Source of the DNA: Zootoca vivipara
Lineage: Eukaryota
Assembly (NCBI RefSeq): GCF_963506605.1
Contig: NC_083278.1
Location: 80,848,001 to 80,912,000 of the forward strand
DNA: 64,000 nucleotides
Direction of reading: 5' to 3'
The position numbers and the translations under genes are program-made. Shown here piece after piece: positions 11,471 through 24,000 of the stretch (position 1 is the first letter of the stretch; each line of letters opens with the position of its first letter). The notes beneath the pieces were generated by a model, which saw only the letters and a program-made list of their open reading frames with translations, did no database searches and had not been told where the DNA came from.

Positions 11471-14411
11471 AAGTTGAACTTGAAGAAATTCCACACATTC
11501 CTGTTGGAGTTTTCCCCGTTCATTCCTCTTTGCTGCCTTCAACAAGGAGGAATTAATGGTACAGAAATGTTATGTGCTTTGGAATGTGGAGCCAATCCAG
11601 TTTTATGAATTTGTGCTAGTGAAATGGATTGTGAAAGCTATTTATTTAGGAAGAGAGCCCTCGCCCCTCTGTCAAGAATCCAAGCCCTTGGCAGGATCAT
11701 TTCCTGGAGATGAAATGGCTCCTTTCCAGATTGTGCCTTGGCAGAGATTTGGGCTGTGCTTGGCCCTATGAGATTCCTCCTTACAGGGCATTATTTAATC
11801 AGTGACTATAATGATAATGTAATTATTGTACTTAATGCCTCATATTTTATACTGATCATTTTCACAGATCATTGGTAACAGTTTTATAGAGCTTTACATA
11901 TTTGTTTTTACAAGCTGTTACGCAAAATAGGCCTCTGGAATTACAGACCTTTGGATAAGCACCCAAAGAATTATGTAATAGACATTGGTTTTGATCTAGG
12001 AATCCTCACATTCAGTAGCATGGAATCTGAATTTCAAGCATACGGGATTTTCGGTAGTTAGAAGGAAGGTTCAAACAATTATGTACTCTTGCACATGGGC
12101 AGCTGTGCTCATTAGCATGCATGCCCTGTGGATGCCCAGGACGGAGGTGAGAAATGTTACTTTAGCAGTCACCAATCTTTGGAATTTTGAAAGCACCAAT
12201 CACTCTGATTGCTTTGCTCCCTCTCACTAGTTTTCACCAACCTGGTGCCCTCCAGTTATTGTTGAACTACAACCAGCCAGCCATGCTGCTGAGAGTTGTA
12301 CTCCAACAGCATGTGCAGGGCATTCCAGGTTGGCAAAGGCTGGCTTAGCATGATGTCTAGATTAGCACTTGTGGCTTGTTTCTCTCTAAAGCACAACATA
12401 AAGCCAATATACAATTGTAATATAGTCAGGTTTGTTTAAGGCAACCTCAAATTGCCCCAGGTTGAATTGGGTTGACCGGAACTGAGCTGGGACTGTCAAC
12501 AGGTGAGTGATCTGCATGGATTTCCTTCTTCACCCCCTAACTAGATTTAATTACAGTTTAAAACCTAGGATTGGGGACACAAAGAGACACACACACAGGC
12601 AAACTGAATGATTCATATTTGCATTTTACATGTAACTTAAGCACACAATCCTAAGAATGTCTATTCGGAAGTAAGCCTTACTTACTCCCTTGTAAAGGTG
12701 AGAGAAAACTGAAGATGGATAAATGACCATATCCAGAGCCCCTTCAGGAACATCACAATAGGATGGATTGGATGGTGGTGCAGAATTTCCCCTTTTCTCT
12801 TCCTGGGTTAAAACTACGTTGCTGCCGTTGTTTCCAATACATATGTCAGTTAGAGGCTTGGTGTGTGTCCCCACCTGCTCCCAATTTTCAAGACAATATG
12901 GGAGGAATACTATGGTTCCATCCTGGTACACTGAATCAATGCCCTATTTAAAACTGGTTCAGAAGATTGTGAATGCAGATGGCGGGGCAAGGAAAGCTAC
13001 AGCACTGATGTCATGATTTATGGCAATCATTTCAACAATTTCAGATAGCAATAAAGCAGAAATAGTATATATGCAATGAATAAATATACAGCCTTTTTGA
13101 TAGCAGATCTTAGCTTTCAGTGCAGCAAGGGAACACACACTTTGGAATACTGGAACACTCTGTTGTTAAAGTAAACAAGGGACACATTTAGAACTAAGTT
13201 CATTTGTCAAGTTGACAGGGCTTGGAAGCTCCCTGCATGCAAAATGAAGGAGCATCTGGCTATCAAGAATATTTAAGTTCTTGCCTAGTTATCTCTCTTA
13301 TTCTTTCATCTCCTAAAATGAGTGAAAGGTGTTAAGAAGCATCACTGCAGAAAACAGAAACAGGTCCTCCGAACTCTCCTGAGGAGTTCATAGTTTTAGA
13401 GGCAAGGCAATGAAAATCAAACACCCTAACGCAGAAGATTAGGTTTGGTACCAGCGATAGGCAAAAGCTTACCCTTGTTCCAAGGAATGCTGGATAAGTG
13501 CCTGGAACCCCTGGAATATCACACTGCTTGGTGATTGGGGTGGTGTGCAACAATATTATAATTTCCTGGGCCATCAGTTTCTTACTCCCTGGACTTCCAT
13601 GATAGCTAGTTGGAGAAGGAAACCAGAGCTGTTTTTAATTTTAACTGTGCTCATTGTTAAATCACTTTGAGAGGTTTCCTAGGAAGCAATTAATAAATGG
13701 AAATAAATACATGAATAAATCTGCAGGTGCTTTGACCAGCTAATGTCAAGCCTTGGGGGTTAGTAATGGTAAGTCAGGAAATGACCTGTCTTCCTACTTT
13801 CTTCCTCAGGTAGCAGGCTAGCCATCTAATCTATACATACTTTGTGGGTCTCCTCCTATCTACTGTTTGAGCAGTAGCCCCTATACTGATAGCTTCCTGC
13901 AAATTTAGCTGATCATCCAACTCTGAGGTGTCTCCCCTTTGCTTTTATCTTCTTTTTTTTTACTAAACCTAATGAGGCTTTGACAAGTTAAGTGTCTCTG
14001 AAGAACTGATATAGATCTCCTTCCTGGCTCTGTGACCTGCACCTTACGATACATATGAGCTACTGAGACATATTGTTACTATTGGTCAACTATTCTTTGA
14101 AAAAAACACCGTATTACAGTATTTACATTAATTTAAAATAGTTTTGCTGCGAAGTATCACCATTTTTACTCCAAAACAAGTCCCCCTCTTCAGTAATACC
14201 TCTGTCATAATAAGTGGGTTTGGAATCACAGGCTTAGTTCTGTTTAGAAATAGAATGATGCTGCTGTTAGGGGCACAGTTGGAGACAAAATTAAGTACTG
14301 TAGTGTGGCTGGGCCAGTAGTCTGACTTAGTACAGAAGTAGCTAGGGTGTGATGTGCTTAGTTTCACAGAAGTCAAACCTATGTATTATGGAGAAAGATT
14401 TGGATGGGACC

Positions 14412-14856
14412 TAGGGATGGGATCGATTTGGCAATTTTGGTTTCCTCTCTGTTTCTCACTTTTCCCCATCTTCAGTTCAGTTCCCCACATTTCCACATCA
14501 GTTTGTGAATTCTTTTAAAAGAAATTTATCATGAAAATTCATCTGTATTTTAGTGCAAATTTCTCCTAATACACAAATTTGTATGCAATTTTTGCCAACG
14601 TACCAATTTTTGAAAAACATATATAATGTACATTGTGTCTATATATAATTTGCTAATATCTGCAAATTTTATGTACCCCGGTATATACATTTTTGTACAC
14701 ATTACTTGACTGGAGAACTATGTTTCAAAATTCAGAGAAGTGTAAATTTCAAAGGATGATTGGCTGTGTTTTGGTTTGATTATTTATTTGGAAAGTGTGC
14801 ATTTGGTAGGTTCACCTTTAAATGTAAACTGAGTTTAATTTCTTCCCCCATTCCTG
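14412..14856. mobile_element. Degenerate non-autonomous DNA transposon (hAT-like)
   Basis: Imperfect inverted ends TAGGGATGGG / CCCATTCCTG around an AT-rich interior. Confidence 0.4.
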
Positions 14857-16299
14857 GCAGCACCTCTTTTCTACCACATCAGAGCGATACAGCTCTAGAT
14901 GCCACTGTTTTCCATTTAAAGTGAGAAATTGTTTTTGCAGCAAGAAACGCACACTCTCTTCTCATTTCCATTGCTTAGTATTTTCACAAGTAATATATTA
15001 ACAACCTGCAAATGAACAAATGAAACGAACAAATGGTGTTAAGAGTACAATCTGTCCATCTCACGGATGACAGAAAGTCATGACCTTTGCTGCCCTGTAA
15101 GATTCTGTTCAAATATAGAAGCATGTCAAAAAAATCACTGCATTCTAAAATTGGCTATTATATATTTTAAAAAAGAAATAATAGTGCACAATTTGTCCAA
15201 GAATGCAGTACACGATTGCCTCTTGGACAAAACACCAATAGCAATTAACATTAATAAAGAGTCATAGAGCTCAATGTTAAAACAGCAAGCAATCCCAGCC
15301 AAGTTGTAATCATGTCTAATAGCAGAAAGGACATTCAGCTCTCCTCATTTGCCAAAGACCTTGACAACCTTTATGAAGGACTGTCTTGGAAAAGAGACGG
15401 TGACCTCCTTTGTGTTCAAGATTTTTTCTTTCCCCGCCCCCAATGAATATATGGCTCATTAGTCAATGTTGTAAGACAGCCAACCTTGAGATACACTCAT
15501 TTAATATGGAGTCAAAACTGTCAACAGAAGGAGGCCCTTGACATCTTCCTGCCCTCCTTTGGTCCATCAAAAAGGGGAAATAAAGATTTAGATTGATTGA
15601 TGGGGTTGGCTGAATGTCAATAAAGCTGGCTTCCTGCCAGTGATTATAATTTGTAGCCCTCATTCCTCAAATAACTTGTGTTTCAGACAAGAAGTTGGCA
15701 GGAGACACAGGTCCTGATCCAAGGAGAACAAACCATATACACTAAAGCAGGCTTTCTTTGTCTATAGCTTGAAATTCAAGGTTGGGGCTTCACAAAACAG
15801 AAAAAGGTCACATTGCCAGGCGTGCTTTTGCATGAAATCTCTGGATTGCCAGAGAATGACAGTCCATCAAGAACTTGCTCTTCAGCCAAAAGTTTTGAAA
15901 TTCTCTGTGAAAGAGCTGCTAAATAACTAAAGACTGAAGATAAATAACAAGCGGTTTTAAGACAAAATTCATGATCCTAAAGGAAATAATCGATGTACCA
16001 ATTTGAGCTGTCTTGTGCTTGTGCTTATGTAGCCAAAACCGGAGCACTGATGCACAAAAGTACTAGAAGACTCAAGGTAATGCTGAGGTACACACAAGTA
16101 CAGGGGTGAAAATGTACAGTGCAAGGGTGAAAATTAAAATGGGAACTCCAAAATAATTCCATGCATAATTCCAAGGCATGAGAGATTGGAGAGCGAGGGA
16201 ATGACAACTGGGTGGGAAGGGGAAATAGAATAAAGAGGTTGGATATATGATCAATACACACACACACCCTGGCAATCAGAGATAGCTACTCATTCTCAG

Positions 16300-16828
16300 G
16301 CAACTGGAACGTCTTTTTAAAGCAGTCAGCAAGCCTTCTGCTATAGCATTCCATAGGCTCTAAATCAATGCAGAGTACTATCAATAACTGTACTTAAACC
16401 ACAGATCAGCAATCCTGGATCACATCTTTGAACCTTGGTTATCACCTGTGTTTATCTGAGGGAGACAGTTACCTTCAAGCATATTATGACTGGTGGACCT
16501 TACTATATCAAACAAAACATCACTTGCAGGTCCTGCAATGTAATTTACATTGCTGAGTGGAAATGTCTATGGTGTCATGTTCAGTATGTGCGTAAAACAA
16601 CAACTAATCTACACACGTATTTTAGGAAGCACAAATCTACAGTCTTAATGAAAAATTGGAACAATCAATTGCAAATCAGTTCAATTCAGATGACCACAAC
16701 TGAGCCGTCTCTGTAACAGAGATGCCACCTGATACAAAACCACTGGAAGTAACTGAAAACTTGTGGAGACCTAGACTTGATACCTTACTACCATATGGCC
16801 TAAACCCTGGGAACAGAACCAAAGATGC
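16300..16828 (+). mobile_element. Penelope-like element GIY-YIG endonuclease remnant
   Basis: YYIKQNITCRSCNVIY..C..C..QYVRKTTTNL..F.KHKS followed by ENLW..RLDTLLPYGLN, the PLE GIY-YIG C-terminal signature; frameshifted. Copy at 54446..54974. Confidence 0.85.
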
Positions 16829-16832
16829 CCAT

Positions 16833-17648
16833 TGTTGGAGATTCATTCCCCGTGTCTGCAGTCATGGGATTGTTGTCTATCACATGACGGTGTATGTTGC
16901 GACACATTTGGACATTCCAAGATGGTGACAGGCTATCTAGGATGCCGGAGACGTTCGGAGGGCTGGACTTTGCTCTCTCCGACCCCCACATGAAGTGGGA
17001 GGCACTGGTTCCTGTTCTGGCGGGAGGACTCTCCAGAACGGAAGGAAGAGAAGGGGAGTGACTGTGACATCATCCCAACCATCAATGCAACCAGCAGGTG
17101 GCACTGCTGAGGTTGAAACAGTGGAAATTTTGTCATGTGAGAAGTTTGGACTGAGTCCAAATGTCAGGAACATTTGCAGCATTTCCAACAGGCAACATGA
17201 AGCAAGGCCAGGGATGCGGAGCTGCAGTGCAGAGATGGTGCCCAGCTGTTCCAGTGCTGAGGTGCAAGAATCTTTTGTGCAAGATTCTGAGGTGATGGCA
17301 CACCTTTGTGGAAGATGGAACTGATTCACCACATGTACACTACAGAAGGAACTGCTCTACCAGTCGAGTGGAGACTCCTTGGAGGTGCATAACACCTGGA
17401 CCGTGGAACTGAAAAGCTGTAACATTGTGGTGTCTAGTGTGTTTTTCATTCCAGATCGAGTTGCTTAGTTCTGTTACGCATGCTCTGCAGATCCGTAAGT
17501 GTGCTGATGTTTCTTGGCATCAGTCGCTGTGGTGTTCGGGCTGAAGAAAGCTTTTGAAGCTCCCGAACGATCGACCAGGAGGGAGGAAACATGCCAGTTG
17601 GGCATGTGTCTCTGCCAGGGTCCTACTCGTGTGTAGGAGATCTTAACA
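16833..17648. mobile_element. Solo LTR (Gypsy/ERV-like), 816 bp
   Basis: TGTTGGAGAT...ATCTTAACA inverted termini and a perfect 4-bp TSD CCAT (16829, 17649). Copy at 54979..55794. Confidence 0.8.
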
Positions 17649-18282
17649 CCATGTCCATGTAAGATAGCTTCGGTTGCAAACACACAGATGTACAAATCAT
17701 TATGATTTATTTTATTTATAAATCATTTCCTTTGAAGCATCTCAAAGTGATGACCCAATACATTAAAAATATATAGAAAAGAATGCATACAGAAAAAATA
17801 ATTACAAGAATAAAACAGTTTAAAAATACACATATTTTTAAAAAGTTCAAATTCAATAGAGATACAGATTGGAGTAAAAACCTCCACTTGTAAAGGTTAT
17901 TGAAAGAGGAAAGTCTTCAACAGGCAAATGCATATGTGAGCTATCAAGGGGCTCCAGCAGATGTAAGGGGGGGTACTAAAACATGGAACCAGCACTAAGT
18001 ATAGGTTAGGTATCTTTTAAAAGTACATTGAACGGTAAGTACTCTTGATTGTACTTGAATGACTACCTATTTTGATTTTAAATTTATCCCTTAAATTAGA
18101 ATCTCATTATTTCCTTCTCTTTAGGAAAGCCAGAGGCCACACTATTATTTTTTAGAGCAGGAAACCCATACATGCTCCAATGAAATAGTATTCATTTGGG
18201 CATTTCATTTAATTGCAAATGGTTTAATTAGAATATTCCATTACTTATCTTATTAGTATTCATGTAGACTGATTCCCTATTA

Positions 18283-19592
18283 CAGTGTTTTTCAACCTTT
18301 TTTGGGCAAAGGCACACTTGTTCCATGAAAAAAATCACGAGGCACACCACCATTAAAAAAGTTAAAAAATTTGAGAAACGCTGGCCTAGGGGAGGGGAAT
18401 GTCTGTGCCACTAGCTGTGCGGAGCCTCCATTTACAGCAGCAGTCTATCCCCAATAATTTAGGTGCCAGGGGTTAAACAAGTGGAGACAAGGCATTTTCA
18501 TAAGAACCTAATGAGAGCCCGCTGGAGCAGGCCAGTGGCCCACCTAGTCCAGCATCCTGCCCTCACAATGGCCATCCAGAGGCCCCATTGGGAAACCCAC
18601 AAGCAGGATTCAGGCACAAGACTACTTTTCCCCTCCTGTAGTTTCTGGCACCTGGCATCCAGAAACACTGCTGCTTCCAAATGTGGCAGGGCAGAGGAGA
18701 GCCCTCAGCAGGTCACCCTCTCCTCCACGAAACCCACCGATGTTGGTGGTCATCACTGCCTCCTGTGGGAGGGAGTTCCTAAGTTTAACAATGTGCTGCA
18801 GTTAGGAAGTCCGTCCTTTTACCTTCACTTCCAGTGCCAGGACCTCTGACCTGCTCTGCGTGCCCTTCTCACGTGCACTGCAAGGTTTGCTCCCTTAAGG
18901 GAGAGGATCTAGGGGAGAAAGGGGGTGCTTCCCTCCTGCACCCCCACCCTAGCCCCCCACCATCCCTTGTCTCTCCTCCTCTGCACCTTTCCAACACCCT
19001 CCACCCACCCAAGGTCCCTTTATTATTGAACCTGGTGGTCATCTGCTCACCCTACTGCTCAGCCATTCTGCCCCCTCCAGCGAGGAAGATGAGTCCATTA
19101 CTGACCTCCCCTTCCGCCCGCCCCCACTAGCGTTATTAAGCCTCTCTAGGAATTGGATTCTTTGGATTTAACCATTATAGATCCACTTGAAATTCCCTTT
19201 TCCCCCACCCCCACAAGTGGTGCCTCCCGGGCCGAATTTCAGGGCAAGAAATTAACTTTACCTTTTCACGCAGCTTGCTACATTTGTACGTAAGTGAAGA
19301 AAGAATGCACATATCGAGTCAGCAAGAGGAGTGAGAGCGAGACAAACAGCAGCAGCAGCACCCGCCGGCCGCCTCTCACGTCCGAGGCCGTGGTGGTGGC
19401 TGTTGAGAGCTGCGCTCGCCCCGCGTCGTGACCCGGACGGCTTCCTTTCTGGCGGGTCAGCGCTCCCTAATGGCGGCTGCCAGGCACGTGACAAGGCAGC
19501 ATATTGCCCTTCTCGTCGTCGCACGTCGCGTCACACCAGCCAGCGTCTTGCGGCACACTAGTGTGCCGCGGAACAGCGGTTGAGAAACGCTG
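18283..19592. mobile_element. Non-autonomous hAT element, 1310 bp, composite
   Basis: TIRs CAGTGTTTTTCAACC / GGTTGAGAAACGCTG; perfect 8-bp TSD CCCTATTA (18275, 19593). Copy at 56429..57738. Confidence 0.88.
18499..18810 (-). mobile_element. CR1 3' end fragment inside the hAT element
   Basis: Reverse complement of the CR1 tail seen at 8930-9280. Confidence 0.7.
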
Positions 19593-19707
19593 CCCTATTA
19601 TGTTGTTTATAAAAGCCTTATAAGCTACGTTTTGCACATAAACAGTCACTATGTTGTGCTTGGATGATATGCTTGTGACACATATTCCAAAAAGTTATTT
19701 TTCATAT

Positions 19708-20055
19708 AGGTAAAGGGATCCCTGACCATTAGGTCCAGTCGTGACCGACTCTAGGGTTGCGCGCTCATCTCGCATTATTGGCCGAGGGAGCCGGCGTATA
19801 GCTTCCAGATCATGTGGCCAGCATGACAAAGCCGCTTCTGGCAAACCAGAGCAGCACATGGAAACGCCGTTTACCTTCCCGCTATAGCGGTTCCTATTTA
19901 TCTACTTGCATTTTGACGTGCTTTCGAACTGCTAGGTTGGCAGGAGCTGGGACCAAGCAACGGGAGCTCACCCCGTCACAGGGATTCGAACCGCCGACCT
20001 TCTGATCAGCAAGCCCTAGGCTCAGTGGTTTAACCCACAGCGCCACCTGGGTCCC
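19708..20055 (-). mobile_element. Sauria SINE
   Basis: Minus strand starts GGGACCCAGGTGGCGCTGTGGGTTAAACC and ends in an ACCTTT-type tail. Copy at 57854..58201. Confidence 0.92.
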
Positions 20056-20666
20056 TATTTCTCCCTCCCCATATAAATCCTACAAAAGTTGGATTATCAC
20101 CACCTACTTCCAAAGGGGTTGTCTGTTCAGCAGCAGAAGAAAAATTCTAGAGATGCTTGTGAAATACATTCACTGGTGTGGCAGTATGATGTTAATGACT
20201 GGATACTATGAACTGCTTAGAAAACAGAAATGCAGGAGTGGTCCCAATGGTATTTCAATGGTTCAGCAGAGTATTTTGATGTTGCTGTACCAGTATCAGA
20301 CACCAGATGGGACCTCTGCCACATTAAATATCAATGAGTGAAAAGGGAGGTGGTAGAGGAGTAGTGGCACACAGGTGGGGTGGAGCTGCCCTTCTAACAC
20401 TAGCCCCATTGATGCTTAGCAGGACGGGTCTGAATGGTAGTAAAGCTGGGGCTGCGACGGTGCCAGTGAGAACACAAGATTGGCGGTGATCCTACTGATG
20501 CAATCACATGACCATGATCTCGCCACTGTTCTGTTATTATTATTATTATAATTAATTAAATTTATATACCGCTCTATAACTTCAGGTCTCAGGGCGGTTC
20601 AACCGTTCCAACCATGTCCAAGTAAACAGCTGTCACACCAGTGTCATGAGGTTGTCTATGCCTCAC

Positions 20667-20714
<48 letters not shown>

Positions 20715-22007
20715 GAGAGGAGTGGGGACACCACACTTACGGAAAAACTCTTGAAACAACTGCAACAATTATGTGGTGCAACACTCACTGTGATAATTAG
20801 GGTAGACATGTTACGGTGCCATTAATACACCATCCTATTTTCTCAACACCAGAATAAGGTTGATCTCCAGGTATAGCGTAAATGGCTCTGAACTCTTAGA
20901 ACAGGCTGAAAAATAATTTTAGAAATAAACAGAACGTGTTCGTCAGTACCAACTTTTCCCATGAGCAGCAGTAGAACTGCTGTGATGTGCACTTTTATTT
21001 CCCCATGTATTTTAGATTTTTGTTTCAATTCTGTTGGGTTGCTAATTTAGTTATTTCATGAATTATTTGTTTTAGCTTGCTATTGTTATATATATATTTG
21101 TATGAAAGCCACTCTAATAATGCCTGTTTAAGTATACTATTTTAATTAATTAATTAATCAATCAATCAATCTTTCTAGTCCTTGTGGCTGCAATAAGGAG
21201 TTTGGGTGGTGGAAGAGGAAATGCAGGAAGAGAAGACCCTAGAATTTGAAACAATACATTATAATCTGGTTGACTTTCCAGTAAGGTATTTACATGTACA
21301 GTATTGCTCTCCTAAGCCTTGTCCATATCAATGTTCTTGGCTGTCACATCCTGCTCCTCTACTGTCCACTCTGCTCTGTTCTGAGGCTTTGATGTGTCTA
21401 CAATGAAAAAAAGGGAACTGCACAGGGCTGCCCCAATCATGAGAGGTAATGATGAGACCACTTAGATAGCCCGGTGTGTGTGTGTGTGTGGCAAATTGGC
21501 ACATGCCTTGGCCCTTCATTCACATCACTATCGGCCACCAATGCTGCTGATGCTGCCAGTGCCATAACCCACTGACCTGGTGAGGCAAGAAGTGCCCTTT
21601 CCACCTCTTCCTGCTTTACTCTGAGGAGGGACTCACCTGGCCCTTCCTCAGAGCAAAGCAATAAAGAGGTGGTGTAGGGAGTACTGGATAAACCATTTGT
21701 GCCACTGCTAATGTGGTGGTGGCCAAAAAAAAAAAGTCAGCAAGAAGGAATGGTTGGCAGGGTAGAAGATGACAGTGGTGCCACAAGGAGAACTGGAGAG
21801 AAGCAGAGCCACTAACCACCCCCAGCCACACAATGCTTGCACTGCCCCCCCATGACAATCTGGGAAAGCAATGGACTTTCCATTCCGTGGCTCTGGAGCT
21901 GCTACCAAAAAGAAAAGCAGCAACCCAACAGAATTACACACACACTTAAGTTCACTGATTGCAAAAAGGATCGGCATCTTTTGATTGGATTGTGGACAGT
22001 CAGTGTA

Positions 22008-22331
22008 CAGGTGAAACCCGAAAAATTAGAATATCGTCGAAAAGTTCATTTATTTCAGTAATTCAACTTAAAAGGTGAAACTAATATAGGAGAAACTTAT
22101 GACATGCAAAGTGAGATATGTCAAGCCTTTATTTACTGTACTGTATTGTAATTGTGATGATTATGGCATACAGCTGAAGAAAACCCCACATTCACAATCT
22201 CAGAAAATTATAGTGTTTAGCTACTCAATCCATAACACCTGCAAAGGGTCCCTGAGCCTTTAAATGCTTCAGTAGGAATCACAATCATGGGAAAGTTTTC
22301 GACAATATTCTAATTTTTCGAGTTTCACCGA
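22008..22331. mobile_element. Tc1/mariner-derived MITE
   Basis: Inverted ends CAGGTGAAACCCGAAAAATTAGAATAT / ATATTCTAATTTTTCGAGTTTCACC, TA flanks. Copy at 60154..60477. Confidence 0.8.
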
Positions 22332-23019
22332 TATATGAGAGGGGTGTGCTTCACACTAGGCAATGATATCCTGCCTCTTTCTCTTTGCAAAGTGTCCATC
22401 CTTAGGAAGGGAAAGTGCCAAAGTTGCCTTATGCAGACGCCAAGAGCAAAACACTTGCCTCACCTGAACATATATATTTTAATTGATACATACATATGTA
22501 TGTATACACACACACACACACAACTTTAAAAGGACAAAATGGTGCCTCCCACTCTCTTTCCCCATATAGAAGCCAACTGGAGTAGCAGTTTAATTTTAAG
22601 TTAGCACTGGGGAGAGGACACTTTATCCTGCCTTGAAGGAAGGCAGTCGGACTTAAAGAAGGAACCCACCTGCTGCTTAGCGCTCCAAATGCCTGCCTGC
22701 TGCTCCTCCTCAGCACCTCCTGCCCGAGAAACCACTTTGCCCAGGCCAATGGTAGGGCCGACTCTGCCTATGCCCTCTTTGCTCCCCTCTACACTGGTAG
22801 GCAGACACAGATATTATTGTAGGTAGGGCTTTCTTTTCAGTGGGAACTCACGGGAGCTCAGTTCCAGGACCTCTCAGGTGGGAGCCATTGCCATTCTAAG
22901 AGAACAGGTGTTCATGGTGAGTTCTGGCACCTCCTTTTCTAGGGGAAAAAAAGCACTGATTGTAGACACCTTGAACTCATACGCCTTTTAATGAGAAAAA
23001 CTAATGCACCTACAACCCG

Positions 23020-24000
23020 TACCGCCTTGTTTGCAAGGCTTCGTATATAATAATCGGGTTTAGGGCTCAGGTCGCACTGAATATTTCCCGCCGGCGCCAG
23101 CCGCACGGCACGAGCCGCAAGCGGTGCCTCGAGTTGCCGCGCCAACATCCCTCGTGCGCGTCTACACACTACTTGGGAGTCGCCCCACGCAACCGAAACG
23201 TGCCAGCTCGAGCCGCACAGGGATCCGCGTTCCTTGCCACATGCGGCATGCGCGCGCAATTCCCGGCCCGGGAATAGGTTTTCCGCCAGCACCTGACGCC
23301 GAACAGCGTCGTTGCGCATGCGTTGCTGCCCTCTCTCCCACCGACCGACCCGCCCACCTCTCCCAGGTTGCTTAGCGCGACTGGCATGGCGGCTCCCTAA
23401 GGCCGCTTAGTGCACATGGGTTAGACTCGCCACGCGTCAAAAAAAAAAAAGGGAAAGGAAAGGAAGCGGCTTCTCCTCCGTCTCGTCTGTGCAGCAGGAG
23501 CGCGCGGCTGCCTCCGAGAAAATGCGGGCGTTGGAGCGTGTGTTGCTGAGGGGCTTCCCCAGCGCAGCGGAGTCACCGCGGTGGAAGCAGAACGAGGCGG
23601 CTTCGGCTGCAGGTAAGGCTTCGGCGAGGCAGAGCCAGCCTTCGTCGCTTATCCTCAGGCGCCCGTTGCCTCTCGCCCTGGCAACGGGATGTGAGCCGTG
23701 CCAAAGCTCATGGTAGGGCAGAGGGAGGAAGGGGAGGCGGCGCTTCATCTGCCGGCAGGGCCCCCTTTCCTTCGTCCTGCCTCCCCTTCCCCTGGTACCT
23801 ACTTGAGTGGGGAGTGGGAACAGGGGGCGGCGTGTCCGCGTATGTCTCCCAAAGGGAGTAGTCGCTGGGGTTATTTATTTGCGGGGTTGCTGCTGCTGCA
23901 ACCCTGGCAGTCGTTGGAGGTGCCAAGGGTATAGTGCTGGAGGCAATTGTCAGTGATGCCTGCTTGTGTTCCGGGATGGATAGGAGACAAGGAGTCATGG
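23020..24000 (+). promoter_or_regulatory. TTC27 CpG-island promoter, copy A
   Basis: Sharp CpG enrichment around exon 1; NRF1-like TGCGCATGCG at 23313; YY1-like ATGGCGGC at 23386. Confidence 0.85.
23522..23612 (+). CDS. TTC27: TTC27 (tetratricopeptide repeat domain 27) coding exon 1, copy A
   Basis: MRALERVLLRGFPSAAESPRWKQNEAASAA resembles the human TTC27 N-terminus as recalled ([24 protein letters not shown]). Donor CAG|GTAAGG, phase 1; lies in a CpG island. Confidence 0.9.

Noticed and set aside
16435-16716. Functional GIY-YIG nuclease gene
   Set aside because: Frameshifted, key motifs degenerate and no intact RT upstream; a relic only.
19708-20055. tRNA-like motif GGGATTCGAACC
   Set aside because: Part of the Sauria SINE tRNA-derived head, not a tRNA gene.
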